Origin: an uncultured Gemmatimonadaceae bacterium
Lineage (GTDB): Bacteria; Gemmatimonadota; Gemmatimonadetes; Gemmatimonadales; Gemmatimonadaceae
Assembly (NCBI GenBank): GCA_963822945.1
Contig: CAWGJO010000020.1
Span: 736,001-800,000, forward strand
Reading direction: 5' to 3'
Length of the DNA stretch: 64,000 nucleotides
The translations under genes and the position numbers were made by a program. Below the pieces are notes generated by a model. It saw only the letters and a list, made by a program, of their open reading frames with translations, made no database searches and was not told the DNA's origin. Positions 38,526-48,475 of the stretch are shown piece by piece (the stretch's first letter is position 1; every line of letters begins with the position of its first letter).

Positions 38526-39235
38526 TCGCCATTCCTGCCATTGATCTGCGCGATGGTGCCTGTGTTCAGCTCGTCGGCGGTTCGTATGCGAAAGAGCGTG
38601 TGCGCCTCGACAAGCCGGTTGCCGTCGCCCGCCGTTGGGCGGAGTGTGGATTCCAGCACCTGCACCTGGTGGATCTGGACGCCGCGACGGGCCGGGGGAA
38701 CAACGGGGCCGTCATCACGACCATTCTCGACGATACCGACGTCGACGTGCGTGTGGGCGGCGGCGTGCGCACGACTGAGCGCGTGGAGGAGTTGTTCGCC
38801 GCCGGCGCCCGATACGTCACCGTGGGTACCCGCGCCGTGGAGGATCCCGACTGGCTTGCCGACCTCTCCTCCGCGCATCCCGGCGCGGTGATCGTCGCGG
38901 CGGACGTTCGTGAGCGGCGGGTGGTCACCCATGGTTGGAGCCGCGCCCACGCACTGAACATCCTCGATTTTCTCGCGGATATCGAACACCTGCCCCTCGG
39001 AGGCCTGCTGGTGACCGCCGTGCATCGGGAAGGGCTGATGGCGGGACCGGACCTCGCCTTGATGGACGACCTCAGCGAAGCCTCCGCCCTCTCGATCATC
39101 GCCTCGGGAGGCATCGGCAGCCGCGAGGACCTCCAGGCCCTTGCCCATCGCGGCGTCTCGGCCGCCGTCATCGGCATGGCGCTCTACACCGGCGCGCTCG
39201 ATCCTTACGCCACTGCAGAGGAGTTCTCGGAATGA
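38522..39235 (+). CDS. hisA: ProFAR isomerase
   Basis: IPAIDLRDGACVQL, HLVDLDAA, GGGVR, ASGG. Confidence 0.96.
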   Translation: MIAIPAIDLRDGACVQLVGGSYAKERVRLDKPVAVARRWAECGFQHLHLVDLDAATGRGNNGAVITTILDDTDVDVRVGGGVRTTERVEELFAAGARYVTVGTRAVEDPDWLADLSSAHPGAVIVAADVRERRVVTHGWSRAHALNILDFLADIEHLPLGGLLVTAVHREGLMAGPDLALMDDLSEASALSIIASGGIGSREDLQALAHRGVSAAVIGMALYTGALDPYATAEEFSE

Positions 39236-39774
39236 AGCCGCTGCGTCGAACGACCAGGGAAACCGATGTGGAAGTCCGCATGGCCGCCGATGGCGGCGAA
39301 GCGCGGATGGACACCACGATCCCGTTTCTCGATCACATGCTCACCACGCTCGCGCGCTATTCCGGTCTCGAACTCTCGGTATCGGCCCGCGGGGATCTCC
39401 CCCACCATCTCATCGAAGATGTCGCGATCACGGTGGGAACGTTTCTGGCGTCTTACGCGCCCGCGACCGCCGCGCGTTACGGCGACCGCACGATCCCCAT
39501 GGACGACGCGCTCGTGCAGTGCGTGATCGATCTCGGCGGACGGCCGTATTACCGCGGGCCCCTTCCGAGCAGCCTCTACGACCACTGGATGCGGTCGTTC
39601 AGCGACAATGCGCGCGCCACGCTCCACCTCCGCGTGATTCGGGGTACGGACCGTCACCATGTCGTGGAAGCCGCGTTCAAGGCGCTCGGGCTCGCGCTCC
39701 GGGACGCCCTGCGCGAGACCGGCGCCGTGTTCAGCACCAAGGGATCAGCGGTACTCGACACGGAGGGCGCGTGA
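39232..39774 (+). CDS. hisB: imidazoleglycerol-phosphate dehydratase
   Basis: RTTRET, FLDHML, HHLIED, PMDDAL, HHVVEAAFKA, STKG. Confidence 0.95.
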   Translation: MKPLRRTTRETDVEVRMAADGGEARMDTTIPFLDHMLTTLARYSGLELSVSARGDLPHHLIEDVAITVGTFLASYAPATAARYGDRTIPMDDALVQCVIDLGGRPYYRGPLPSSLYDHWMRSFSDNARATLHLRVIRGTDRHHVVEAAFKALGLALRDALRETGAVFSTKGSAVLDTEGA

Positions 39775-39811
39775 CATCCCCCGCTTCGTGCCGTCGCCCG
39801 GAGGCGTTGGC

Positions 39812-40570
39812 GTGTTGAGCCGCCGGGTGGTGGTCTGCCTCGACGTGCGCGGCGGACGGGTGGTCAAGGGCGTGGAGTTTCAGGCGCTGCGCGACATCGG
39901 AGATCCCGTGGAGCTGGCGCAACGCTATGAACACGCCGGCGCCGACGAGATTGTCTTCCTCGACATCTCGGCGAGTCAGGAAGCCCGGCGCACGCTGCTC
40001 GACGTCGTCCGCCGCACGGCGGAGGCACTCTTCATTCCACTCACGGTGGGTGGCGGAATCGGCAGCGTGGCCGACATCGCCGCGGCGCTGCGGGCGGGGG
40101 CCGACAAGGTCAGCATGAACAGCGCCGCGGTGGCGGATCCCCGGCTGCTTACCGAAGCAGCGGCCCGATTCGGCGCCCAGTGTGTGGTCGCCAGCATCGA
40201 CGCCAAGCGCGAAGGGGATTCCTGGCGCGTATACACGCACGGGGGATCGCGGCCCACGGGCCTCGACGCGCTCGAGTGGGCGGAGCACTGCGCTGACCGT
40301 GGCGCCGGCGAGATCCTGCTCACCAGCATCGACCGCGACGGATCGCGTGCTGGCTACGACATCGAGTTGACACAGCGCGTCGCCGCTCGCGTACCCGTGC
40401 CCGTTGTTGCCTCGGGCGGGGCAGGGAGTGCCGATGACGTCGTCCAGGTTCTGCGCGACGGAGCGGCCGACGCGGCGCTGGTTGCTGGAATCGTGCACGA
40501 CGGCCGCTGTACGGTGGCCGACATCAAGGCCGCGATGCTGAAGGCCGACCTGCCGGTACGGGCCGCATGA
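39812..40570 (+). CDS. hisF: imidazole glycerol phosphate synthase, cyclase subunit
   Basis: CLDVRGGRVVKG, FLDISAS, TSIDRDG, GGAGG RBS. Confidence 0.96.
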   Translation: MLSRRVVVCLDVRGGRVVKGVEFQALRDIGDPVELAQRYEHAGADEIVFLDISASQEARRTLLDVVRRTAEALFIPLTVGGGIGSVADIAAALRAGADKVSMNSAAVADPRLLTEAAARFGAQCVVASIDAKREGDSWRVYTHGGSRPTGLDALEWAEHCADRGAGEILLTSIDRDGSRAGYDIELTQRVAARVPVPVVASGGAGSADDVVQVLRDGAADAALVAGIVHDGRCTVADIKAAMLKADLPVRAA

Positions 40571-40586
40571 CGGACCCATCCCCCGG

Positions 40587-41363
40587 GTGCTTCTCGAAGC
40601 CGTGGCCGAGGTGGCCCGTCTCGCGGGCGCGACGGCGTTGCCGTTCTTCCGCACGGCGCTGGTGGCCGAGTCGAAGTCCGATGGCTCGCCGGTGACGATC
40701 GCCGACCGGAGCGCGGAACGCGTCGCGCGGGAGTGGATTGCTCGCCGCTTTCCCACCGACGGAATTCTCGGTGAGGAGTTCGGAGCAGAACGGCCGAACG
40801 CGACGCGGCAGTGGATCATCGATCCCATCGACGGCACCAAATCTTTCATTCGCGGCGTTCCCCTCTGGGGATCGCTGGTTGCCGTGACCGAAGGCGACCA
40901 CGTGATCGCAGGGGCCGCGTGCCTTCCGGCAGTCGGCGAGGTGATTGTCGCTGCGGACGGCGAGGGCGCCTGGTGGAACGACGTGCGTTGCCACGTCTCC
41001 GACGTACGCACACTCGCGGCGGCCACGATCACCACCACGGATGAGCGCTTTCTCGAACATTCGGCGCGTGGCGACCGCTGGCGCGAACTCGCGCCGCAGG
41101 TCGCGGTGGCCCGGAGTTGGGGCGACTGCTTCGGATACGTGATGGTCGCGACCGGTCGCGCCGAAGCGATGGTGGACCCCGTGCTCTCCGCCTGGGACGC
41201 CGCCCCCTTCCTGCCCATCGTCGCGGAAGCCGGGGGCGTGTTCACCGATTGGAGCGGACAGGCAACCGTCCGTGGCGGAAGCGCCATCGCAACCAATCGC
41301 GCGCTCGCGACGGAAATCCGTGCCGCGCTCGACTGTCCCCAAAATCCCGGTAGACCTTTATGA
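40587..41363 (+). CDS. hisN: histidinol-phosphatase (inositol monophosphatase family)
   Basis: SPVTIAD, GEE, WIIDPIDGTKSF, WDAA. Start uncertain (see findings). Confidence 0.9.
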   Translation: MLLEAVAEVARLAGATALPFFRTALVAESKSDGSPVTIADRSAERVAREWIARRFPTDGILGEEFGAERPNATRQWIIDPIDGTKSFIRGVPLWGSLVAVTEGDHVIAGAACLPAVGEVIVAADGEGAWWNDVRCHVSDVRTLAAATITTTDERFLEHSARGDRWRELAPQVAVARSWGDCFGYVMVATGRAEAMVDPVLSAWDAAPFLPIVAEAGGVFTDWSGQATVRGGSAIATNRALATEIRAALDCPQNPGRPL

Positions 41364-41986
41364 GGGAGATGCATCTGATGCTGGATCTCGATCAGCTTGA
41401 TTTCGAGAAGGGCGGTGGCCTGGTGACGATCGTCACGCAGGATGCCGCCTCCGGATGCGTGCTGATGCTCGCCCACGCGGATCGGGAAGCACTGGAGCAC
41501 ACCATCCGAACCGGAGAGATGCACTACCGGTCGCGCACCCGCGGGTTGTGGCACAAGGGCGCGACCAGCGGCAATCGGCAGCGCGTGGTCTCGCTCACCG
41601 CGGACTGCGATGGCGACGCGGTGCTGGCACTGGTGGAACCTCTGGGGCCGGCCTGTCACACCGGCCGCCAGTCGTGTTTCGATGCCCCCTCGTTCTCGTC
41701 CGATGCGCTGGCGCAACTCGACCGCACCATCACGGCCCGTGTCGCCCAACCGGGCGCGTCGGGGAGTTATACCCGCCGGCTCCTCGACGACCGCAATCTG
41801 CGGCTCAAGAAGATCGGCGAGGAAGCCGCAGAGTTCGTGCTCGCGTGTGCCGACGATGATTCGGAACGCGCGGCCAACGAGGCCGCCGACCTCTGGTACC
41901 ACAGCCTCGTGGCTTTGCATGCAGCCGGCGGATCCCTGTCGGCCATTCTCGCCATCCTGGCCACTCGAGCCGCATCGCCGCGCTAG
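41360..41986 (+). CDS. hisIE: bifunctional PR-AMP cyclohydrolase / PR-ATP pyrophosphatase
   Basis: LWHKGATSG, DCDGD, ACHTG..SCF, KIGEEA. Alternative start at 41378. Confidence 0.95.
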   Translation: MREMHLMLDLDQLDFEKGGGLVTIVTQDAASGCVLMLAHADREALEHTIRTGEMHYRSRTRGLWHKGATSGNRQRVVSLTADCDGDAVLALVEPLGPACHTGRQSCFDAPSFSSDALAQLDRTITARVAQPGASGSYTRRLLDDRNLRLKKIGEEAAEFVLACADDDSERAANEAADLWYHSLVALHAAGGSLSAILAILATRAASPR

Positions 41987-43305
41987 AACCGCGTGCTCAA
42001 CCAGGCAGGTACCTGCGTGGTGTCTCCCACGAATCCAAACCGAACATCGTGCATGTACTCGGCCGCCACGCGTCGGATGTCTTCCGGTGTGACCGTTCGT
42101 AGCGATGTCACGAAGTTCGCCGCTCGCCGATAATCGCCATCGTAGAGTTCGGCACGAGCCAGAAACGAAGCCTGATCCCCATTGGTCTCATTCTTCAGGA
42201 AGTAGTCGGTGATGAACTGCCCGACGAGCGTCCCCAGCCCCTCGGGGTCTACCAGGGTGGTCTTCAGCCGCTGCACCTCGGACGCCATGGCGTCGAGCGC
42301 CGCCGCCGGATCGGTGGTCGTGACATACAACCCGCCCACCCCGATGGCCCGTTCGAGAAACGGAGCCTCCACGGCGTAGGCCAGATGCCGCCGCGAGCGT
42401 ACTTCGGCGAACATGCGGCCACTCAGCACGGCGGTTGCGATCCGGAGCGCGGCATAGTCTCGAGTGCCCGCCCGGGGCCCCGGGTAGTAACCCAGGATGT
42501 AGTTCGTAGCCAGCGCTCGTTGGAGTCGTGCCACGTGCGCCGGCGCCGGTGTCAGATCGGGCGGCGGTTGCCACGTGTACGAACCAACGGGTAGCGTGCT
42601 CAGCGTGGTCCGGATGGCGCGCTCCAGTTGTGGCCGGCCGATATTTCCGACCACGACGACCAGCAGCCGGGATTGCACGACCTGCTGGTCGTGATAGGCG
42701 CGCACCGCGGCGGCCGTCAGACCCGCCAGCGACGTCGGGGTCCCGTTCGGGTCCAGCCGGTACGGGTGGTTCGCGTAGAGCAGGCTGTCGGCGAGTCGTG
42801 CCACCGCGACGTCCGGATCGGCCGCCGATTGGCGTGCTTCGGTGATCATCTGACGGCGTGTGCGCTCGATGTCGGCGGAGTCCAATCGCGGCGCGACGAG
42901 ACGGTCGGCGAACACGGCCCAGCTGGAGTCGAACGTCTGGCGGAGGGTGCGGAGACCGAACGTCGTCCAGTCCAGCGACGGGCTGACCGCAATGGTGGCG
43001 CCGGTTCGCGCGGTGATCGCGCGCAGTGCGGCCCGGGGGAACCGGCGGGTTCCCCCATCCGACGCATCCAGCATCAGCACCTCGATCCCTGCAGTCTGCT
43101 CGGTGAGTTGACGGGTGCCACCGAGCAGATAGACGTTCGCCGCCACCACGTCGTTTGCGCCGTTGTGCCGCAGAATGACCCGTACGTGATTCACCGTGAA
43201 GCTGGTCGTACTCGTGTCTACGGGCCCCTGCTGCGCGGCGACCGGAACGACTGCCGCCAGGGCCGCCATGATCGCGCCGAGCGCTACTCGAATCCCGCGC
43301 CTCAC
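41983..43305 (-). CDS. M16 family peptidase, non-catalytic subunit
   Basis: M16 fold motifs (RMFAEVRSRRHLAY, VTPEDIRRVA), no HxxEH, signal peptide. Confidence 0.85.
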   Translation of the reverse strand: MRRGIRVALGAIMAALAAVVPVAAQQGPVDTSTTSFTVNHVRVILRHNGANDVVAANVYLLGGTRQLTEQTAGIEVLMLDASDGGTRRFPRAALRAITARTGATIAVSPSLDWTTFGLRTLRQTFDSSWAVFADRLVAPRLDSADIERTRRQMITEARQSAADPDVAVARLADSLLYANHPYRLDPNGTPTSLAGLTAAAVRAYHDQQVVQSRLLVVVVGNIGRPQLERAIRTTLSTLPVGSYTWQPPPDLTPAPAHVARLQRALATNYILGYYPGPRAGTRDYAALRIATAVLSGRMFAEVRSRRHLAYAVEAPFLERAIGVGGLYVTTTDPAAALDAMASEVQRLKTTLVDPEGLGTLVGQFITDYFLKNETNGDQASFLARAELYDGDYRRAANFVTSLRTVTPEDIRRVAAEYMHDVRFGFVGDTTQVPAWLSTRF

Positions 43306-44681
43306 CGGGGGGCCCCCCAGTGAGTCAGCTCCTCGGCCGTCAGGCGAATCGTCCGGTTCGCGTCGCGGTCGATGAGGACACCGCGAACGTGCGGCTTGCC
43401 GACGATGTACTTGCGCGCGTACCGCTGCAGATCGGGCACCGTTTCGTGGGCCATCGCGTCCACGTAGCCGAGATAGTAGTCCAACCCCGTGACGGCCCAC
43501 CAGAAGCCCAGTTGGTGTGCGAAACCCGAAGCGCGCTCCAGACCGAACATCGTTCCCGCAATGCGTTGCCGCTTCACCGGCTCCAGCTCCGCCGCCGAGA
43601 AGTAGCCGGAGTCGGCAAAGGCACGGATCTCCGATTCCAGTGCGGTGATCGCTTGCCGTACATGGGCGGGTGACGTCTCGCCGCTGATCGTGATCGGACC
43701 GACGTGATTCTGCGTGTAGTAGTTCACACCCAACGATTCGAACAGGCCGCTGTCCACCAGTCGATGTTGCAGTCGCGAGCCGGGTTGGTTCAGAACGTCA
43801 GAGAACACGTCCGCAGCATATGTGGAAGCCGGATCTTTCGAGGCGCTGGGTCCCTGCCACTGGAACATCACCAGGGCCGTCGCAATCGGTTCTTCCACCA
43901 GGACGCCCGTGTCGTGCGGCAGGGGAGGCACGGGGGGAATGGGCCACGTCTTGAACGGATCCGGACCACGCGCCCAGGCGCCGAATATTCGGCGCGCTGC
44001 GTCGAAGACGTGTTCCGGATCGACGTCGCCCGTGACGATCAGCGCTGAATTGTTCGGCACGTAGTAGCGATGCTGGATCTCCCGCATCTGTGCCGGTGTC
44101 GTGCTGAGGATGGACGCACGCTCTCCCAACGGGTTCTTGCGCGGCCATGCCGTTCGCCAGAGCGCCCGCCCCATGGCCTGCTGAAACGCGAACCCCGGTT
44201 CGGATTGGTCACGGTCGTACTCGCCGATGACCACGGCGCGTTCGCGGTCCAGTTCGTCTTCGCGGAACAGTGGCTTCATGACCGCAGAAGCCATGAGTCG
44301 CATTCCCGCATCGAGGCTATCCGACGGAAGCGTGAGATAGTAATTCACCCGCTCTTCCTGCGTGGAACCGTTGAAGTCGGCGCCAAGGGACGAAGCGCGT
44401 TGGGGAAACGCGTCCGGCTCCGGATAGTCCGAATCCGCCCGGAAGAACATGTGTTCGTACAGGTGCGCCAGCCCCTCATAGCCGGAATCCTGGGTGAATG
44501 ACCCGTTGCGAACGTCGATCTCAACGGTGGCCAGAGGAACACCGTGATTCTCCACGACGATCACCTCGAGACCGTTCGGCAGCACGGTCCGGCGGATGCT
44601 ACGTTCCAGCTCTGTTCGCTGACCGCGGGCAATCCCCGCCCCGATCGTCACGAGAGCGATCGCCAGCCGCAGGATGCGCAC
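43302..44681 (-). CDS. M16 family zinc peptidase, catalytic subunit
   Basis: LPNGL, GLAHLYEHMFF (HxxEH), ERAVVIGE, YYVPNN, signal peptide. Confidence 0.92.
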   Translation of the reverse strand: MRILRLAIALVTIGAGIARGQRTELERSIRRTVLPNGLEVIVVENHGVPLATVEIDVRNGSFTQDSGYEGLAHLYEHMFFRADSDYPEPDAFPQRASSLGADFNGSTQEERVNYYLTLPSDSLDAGMRLMASAVMKPLFREDELDRERAVVIGEYDRDQSEPGFAFQQAMGRALWRTAWPRKNPLGERASILSTTPAQMREIQHRYYVPNNSALIVTGDVDPEHVFDAARRIFGAWARGPDPFKTWPIPPVPPLPHDTGVLVEEPIATALVMFQWQGPSASKDPASTYAADVFSDVLNQPGSRLQHRLVDSGLFESLGVNYYTQNHVGPITISGETSPAHVRQAITALESEIRAFADSGYFSAAELEPVKRQRIAGTMFGLERASGFAHQLGFWWAVTGLDYYLGYVDAMAHETVPDLQRYARKYIVGKPHVRGVLIDRDANRTIRLTAEELTHWGAPR

Positions 44682-44727
44682 GGGCTGTAGCGGCTTGCGT
44701 CCGGTCGATGTTTCTTTTGTGTTCACC

Positions 44728-45672
44728 ATGACTCCCACGTCTGCAGCACTTGATGCCCTCGTCGATCGACTCGGGCACGACCGCGTCCGGCGAGATGTTG
44801 TACTCGCCCCATTCACGACGTTCAAGATCGGCGGTCCGGCCGATCTGTTTTTCGAGGCAACGACTGCCGACGAATTGGTTGCGGCCGTCGCGGCCGCTCG
44901 AGCGCTCGAGATTCCGATCTTCCTCCTCGGCCTCGGTGCGAATATCCTGGTCGGCGACCGCGGGTTTCGTGGCTTGGTCATTCGCAACGTCGCGAGCCAT
45001 TGGACCATTGCCGACAACGGGCTTCTCTGGTCCGAAACCGGAGCGGTGATCGCCACGCTCATTCGCGAGTCGATTGCCCGCGGGTGGAGTGGCCTCGAGC
45101 ACTTTGCGGGCATTCCCAGTACGGTCGGCGGTGCCATCTGGCAGAATCTCCATTTCCTGTCGCCCGCACCAGCCCGAGAGCGGACGGTATTCATCGCCGA
45201 GATCTTCCGCTCCGCCGAGGTCCTGGATCTCGCAGGCACCCGCCACACGCTTCTCCAGGAAGACATGCGATTCGGCTACGACACCAGTCGCCTGCACGAT
45301 GGGCGGGACATCGCACTCTCCGCCACCTTCCAGCTCTCGCGCGGCGACCCGGCGGAGATGCATCGCGTCATGCAGGAGAATCTGAGTTGGAGGGGAGCTC
45401 GCCATCCCTGGCTCGATTGGTACCCCAGCGCAGGCTCCATCTTCCAGAAGATCGAGGGTCAGGGAGCCGGCCGGCTGATCGACGGAGCAGGGCTCAAGGG
45501 ACACCGGCATGGTGGCGCACAGATCTCGCATCTCCATGCCAACATCATCGTGAATCTTGGTTCCGCCACGGCTCGAGATGTCCGAGAACTGATTTCAATT
45601 GCCCAGACCGCCGTAGAGGACCGCTTTGGGGCTCATCTGACGCCTGAAATCGGATTCATCGGCGAGTTCTAG
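44728..45672 (+). CDS. murB: UDP-N-acetylenolpyruvoylglucosamine reductase
   Basis: TTFKIGGPA, GIPSTVGGA, SAGSIF, HANIIVN, LTPEI. Confidence 0.93.
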   Translation: MTPTSAALDALVDRLGHDRVRRDVVLAPFTTFKIGGPADLFFEATTADELVAAVAAARALEIPIFLLGLGANILVGDRGFRGLVIRNVASHWTIADNGLLWSETGAVIATLIRESIARGWSGLEHFAGIPSTVGGAIWQNLHFLSPAPARERTVFIAEIFRSAEVLDLAGTRHTLLQEDMRFGYDTSRLHDGRDIALSATFQLSRGDPAEMHRVMQENLSWRGARHPWLDWYPSAGSIFQKIEGQGAGRLIDGAGLKGHRHGGAQISHLHANIIVNLGSATARDVRELISIAQTAVEDRFGAHLTPEIGFIGEF

Positions 45673-45776
45673 CCGTTGGGCTGACGCGAGTGCGAATTCC
45701 AGAATGATCCTTGATTGTTGGCATTACTGGCTTGTAACTCTGACGATAGTGGCCTAGCTGTGTCGCCAATTCTTGT

Positions 45777-46130
45777 CTATTTGGCTGATTTTAGCCAAGC
45801 AGTCCATTGCGCTTCCGCGAGTCCGATGGAGAGATCGTTCCCCTTCCTGACCAACGGCATTCGCAACAGCAGGGGCTCCTCCACCAACAAGTCCATCCAG
45901 CGCTGGTCTCCGAACACCGCATGCTTGAGTCCGAGTTCTCGGTGCCGGACAGATTCGTTATCCACGAGCGCCTTTACACCGAATTTCTGCGCAAAGCGCT
46001 TCAACTCACCGGGAGACGCCGGTCTCTCTTGGAGATCGACGAAGTGGGTCTTCACCCGGCGCTCGGAGAAGAAGCGGAGGGCCTTCCTCGTATCGGCGCT
46101 CTTCTTGATGCCAAAGATCTGCACGTCCAC
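45777..46130 (-). CDS. ArsC/Spx/YffB family protein lacking cysteines
   Basis: QIFGIKKSADTRKALRFF...PLLLRMPLVR, GGAGG RBS. Confidence 0.82.
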   Translation of the reverse strand: MDVQIFGIKKSADTRKALRFFSERRVKTHFVDLQERPASPGELKRFAQKFGVKALVDNESVRHRELGLKHAVFGDQRWMDLLVEEPLLLRMPLVRKGNDLSIGLAEAQWTAWLKSAK

Positions 46131-46184
46131 CCAGTCGCCCTCCAGGATCGACAGTTCCGTACGAGACACACGAGCCGGTACTGA

Positions 46185-47186
46185 ATGGTAATCGGCCCCC
46201 CACACGATCCCCCAGCGTTCACGCCGGCGTGGTGGGTGCCCGGCCCGCACGCACAAACGCTCTGGGGCAAGTTGGCCCGCCGTATTTCTCTTCCGCCAAC
46301 AGGCTATCTCGAGCGCTGGGATACTCCGGACGGAGATTTTCTCGACGTGTTTCGTGTTCCGGCTCCGCCCGGCGCTCCCAGGTTGCTGGTCCTCCATGGC
46401 CTGGAGGGCACGCTTCGGTCCCATTACGCCCGGGGGATCCTTCGACGCGCGGCGGCCGCGGGCTGGGCGGCTGATCTTCTGATCTTTCGGGGCTGTGGCG
46501 CCGAACTGAATCGAGCACCCCGATTCTATCACTCAGGCGAGACTGGCGATCCGGCATTCGTCGCGGCACGCATCACCCGGGAGCACCCGCGTGCTCCGCT
46601 CTTCGTGGTCGGCTACTCGCTCGGCGGCAATGTGCTTCTCAAGTGGCTGGGCGAACGAACCGTGTCTGTTCCGCCGCAGATCCGCGCAGCGGCAGCGGTT
46701 TCCGTTCCCTTCGATCTCGAGGCCGGCGCCGCGTACATCCACCAGGGGTTCTCGCGCGTCTATGAGCGACATTTCCTGCGCACGCTCAAGGCCAAGGCGG
46801 CGGCCAAGCTACGGCGATTCCCGGGATTACTGGACGTCGAGGCCCTCCAAGCCGCCCAGAGCATTATCGCGTTTGACGAGGTGGTGACGGCGCCCATTCA
46901 CGGCTTTGCGAGCGCACACGAGTACTACAGCCGCTCCAGTGCCGCTGGATTCCTCTCCGGCGTCGATACGCCGACCATGCTCATCGGCGCCTATGACGAT
47001 CCCTTCCTTCCGCCCGAAGTGTTGCGCCGGGTCAGCCTTGTTGCCGCTGAAAACCCGCGGCTGCATCCCTGTTTTTCGGCCGCGGGCGGACATGTAGGGT
47101 TCGTCGCCGGAAACGTGCCTGGCCAGACCGTCTACTTTTCCGAGGACAGGATCATGGCATTCTTCCGGGCACATTTGGAAGCCTAG
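46185..47186 (+). CDS. alpha/beta hydrolase, YheT family
   Basis: HAQT, LHGLEG, FRGC, YHSGET, GYSLGG, DDPF, GGHVGF. Confidence 0.92.
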   Translation: MVIGPPHDPPAFTPAWWVPGPHAQTLWGKLARRISLPPTGYLERWDTPDGDFLDVFRVPAPPGAPRLLVLHGLEGTLRSHYARGILRRAAAAGWAADLLIFRGCGAELNRAPRFYHSGETGDPAFVAARITREHPRAPLFVVGYSLGGNVLLKWLGERTVSVPPQIRAAAAVSVPFDLEAGAAYIHQGFSRVYERHFLRTLKAKAAAKLRRFPGLLDVEALQAAQSIIAFDEVVTAPIHGFASAHEYYSRSSAAGFLSGVDTPTMLIGAYDDPFLPPEVLRRVSLVAAENPRLHPCFSAAGGHVGFVAGNVPGQTVYFSEDRIMAFFRAHLEA

Positions 47187-47275
47187 CTCGGCAGGTGTTA
47201 CGATGCAGATTAGGTTCCCTGCCTCGCCTCTTCCCGTCCTCTGCCCCGCAACCGAGTGAGCAGGCATCGCCATCC

Positions 47276-47809
47276 ATGCTGATCCTCTGGTCCCTCGCCA
47301 TTACCGCAGGATTGCTGGTACTGGTCTATCTGATGGTCTTTGGCGTGCCACATTCCACGGTCACCGCCGAAGCTGGTTCCATCGGACGGCCCCGTACCGG
47401 CCTGCCGATGGTGGGGGCGTTTTCGACGGGAGCCGGACTTGCCGGCTACCTGACCATGAGCTTCTCGAGCATGGATCAAGGTGCCCGCTCGGCGCTCATC
47501 GTGGGCGTTGCATGTCTCTCGGCACTCGCCACTCGTTGGCTCGTCATCAAGGCATTCACGGAGCCGCCGCCGGATCCCGAGGACGATCCCCGCTATCGAT
47601 ATCAGGGACACGTCGCTCGCCTTACGCAGGCCATCACGCCAGATCATCCCGGGCGTTTGTTGTTCGAGGCCGACGGGCGCCGCTTTGAACTTGCGGCGCA
47701 GTCCATTGACGGCGCGCCCGTGCCCAGGGACACGGAAGTCGTGATCGAACGCATCGATGATGATCTCGCAACCGTCGAGTTGTGGACGACCGTGGAACAG
47801 CGCCTGTAG
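47276..47809 (+). CDS. NfeD-like membrane protein (3 TM + OB fold)
   Basis: Three TMs, then YQGHVARLTQAI...EVVIERI. Confidence 0.72.
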   Translation: MLILWSLAITAGLLVLVYLMVFGVPHSTVTAEAGSIGRPRTGLPMVGAFSTGAGLAGYLTMSFSSMDQGARSALIVGVACLSALATRWLVIKAFTEPPPDPEDDPRYRYQGHVARLTQAITPDHPGRLLFEADGRRFELAAQSIDGAPVPRDTEVVIERIDDDLATVELWTTVEQRL

Positions 47810-47840
47810 GTCGGGAGTCTCTGCGTCGGGAGTTGTCGGG

Positions 47841-48116
47841 ATGCGTTATGCCATCTGGTTTGCGGTCGTGTTCGTCGGATTCTTCGTTCTGCGCGGCATC
47901 GCCGCAACGTGGCTCTTCCTCTTCCTGCTTCCCCGGGGCGATCGCTGCCCGAATTGCGATGAGGTGACTCTCCGGGTCCAGGCGCATGGCTGGAATCGAT
48001 TCCTGCCCTGGTTCCGTACAAGCTGGTGTTATCGGTGTGGATGGGAGGGGCTGTTGCGCGAGGATCCGACCGAGACGCGGCACGATGCCGTTTCGCCTCG
48101 CCACCAACAGCTATGA
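47841..48116 (+). CDS. small membrane-anchored Zn-ribbon hypothetical protein
   Basis: N-terminal TM, CPNC...CYRC, GGGAG RBS. Confidence 0.7.
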   Translation: MRYAIWFAVVFVGFFVLRGIAATWLFLFLLPRGDRCPNCDEVTLRVQAHGWNRFLPWFRTSWCYRCGWEGLLREDPTETRHDAVSPRHQQL

Positions 48117-48117
48117 G

Positions 48118-48399
48118 TCACACCGCCGAAGCGTATACCCGGAGCCAATCGGGCCAGTTACCGCTCAGCTCGAAATAGTCGTCAAAGTACCGGAGGCCCA
48201 CTGCATCAAGTTCATTGAAGAAGTCGTTGAGTCCTTCCCCGTAGATCGGTCCGATGACGACGAGGTTTCCCTCGACCCGGAATTCATCGGCGGTCAGCCC
48301 GAGTCGCTCATCGATCTGGGCGCGGGAGAGCCCGCTCTGTTCGTACGCGGCGCGGCGGATGCAGAGTGTTGGTGCATTGCTCGTAACGGGCAGTGGCAT
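48118..48399 (-). CDS. hypothetical protein (93 aa)
   Basis: Globular composition, GGAG RBS, fills the gap between neighbours. Confidence 0.75.
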   Translation of the reverse strand: MPLPVTSNAPTLCIRRAAYEQSGLSRAQIDERLGLTADEFRVEGNLVVIGPIYGEGLNDFFNELDAVGLRYFDDYFELSGNWPDWLRVYASAV

Positions 48400-48475
48400 G
48401 GGGGCTCCATAGATTGATCATTCCCCGAAAGCTAGTGGGCATCCGGGGACGACCATACGTGATCCTGGCCGAGTC

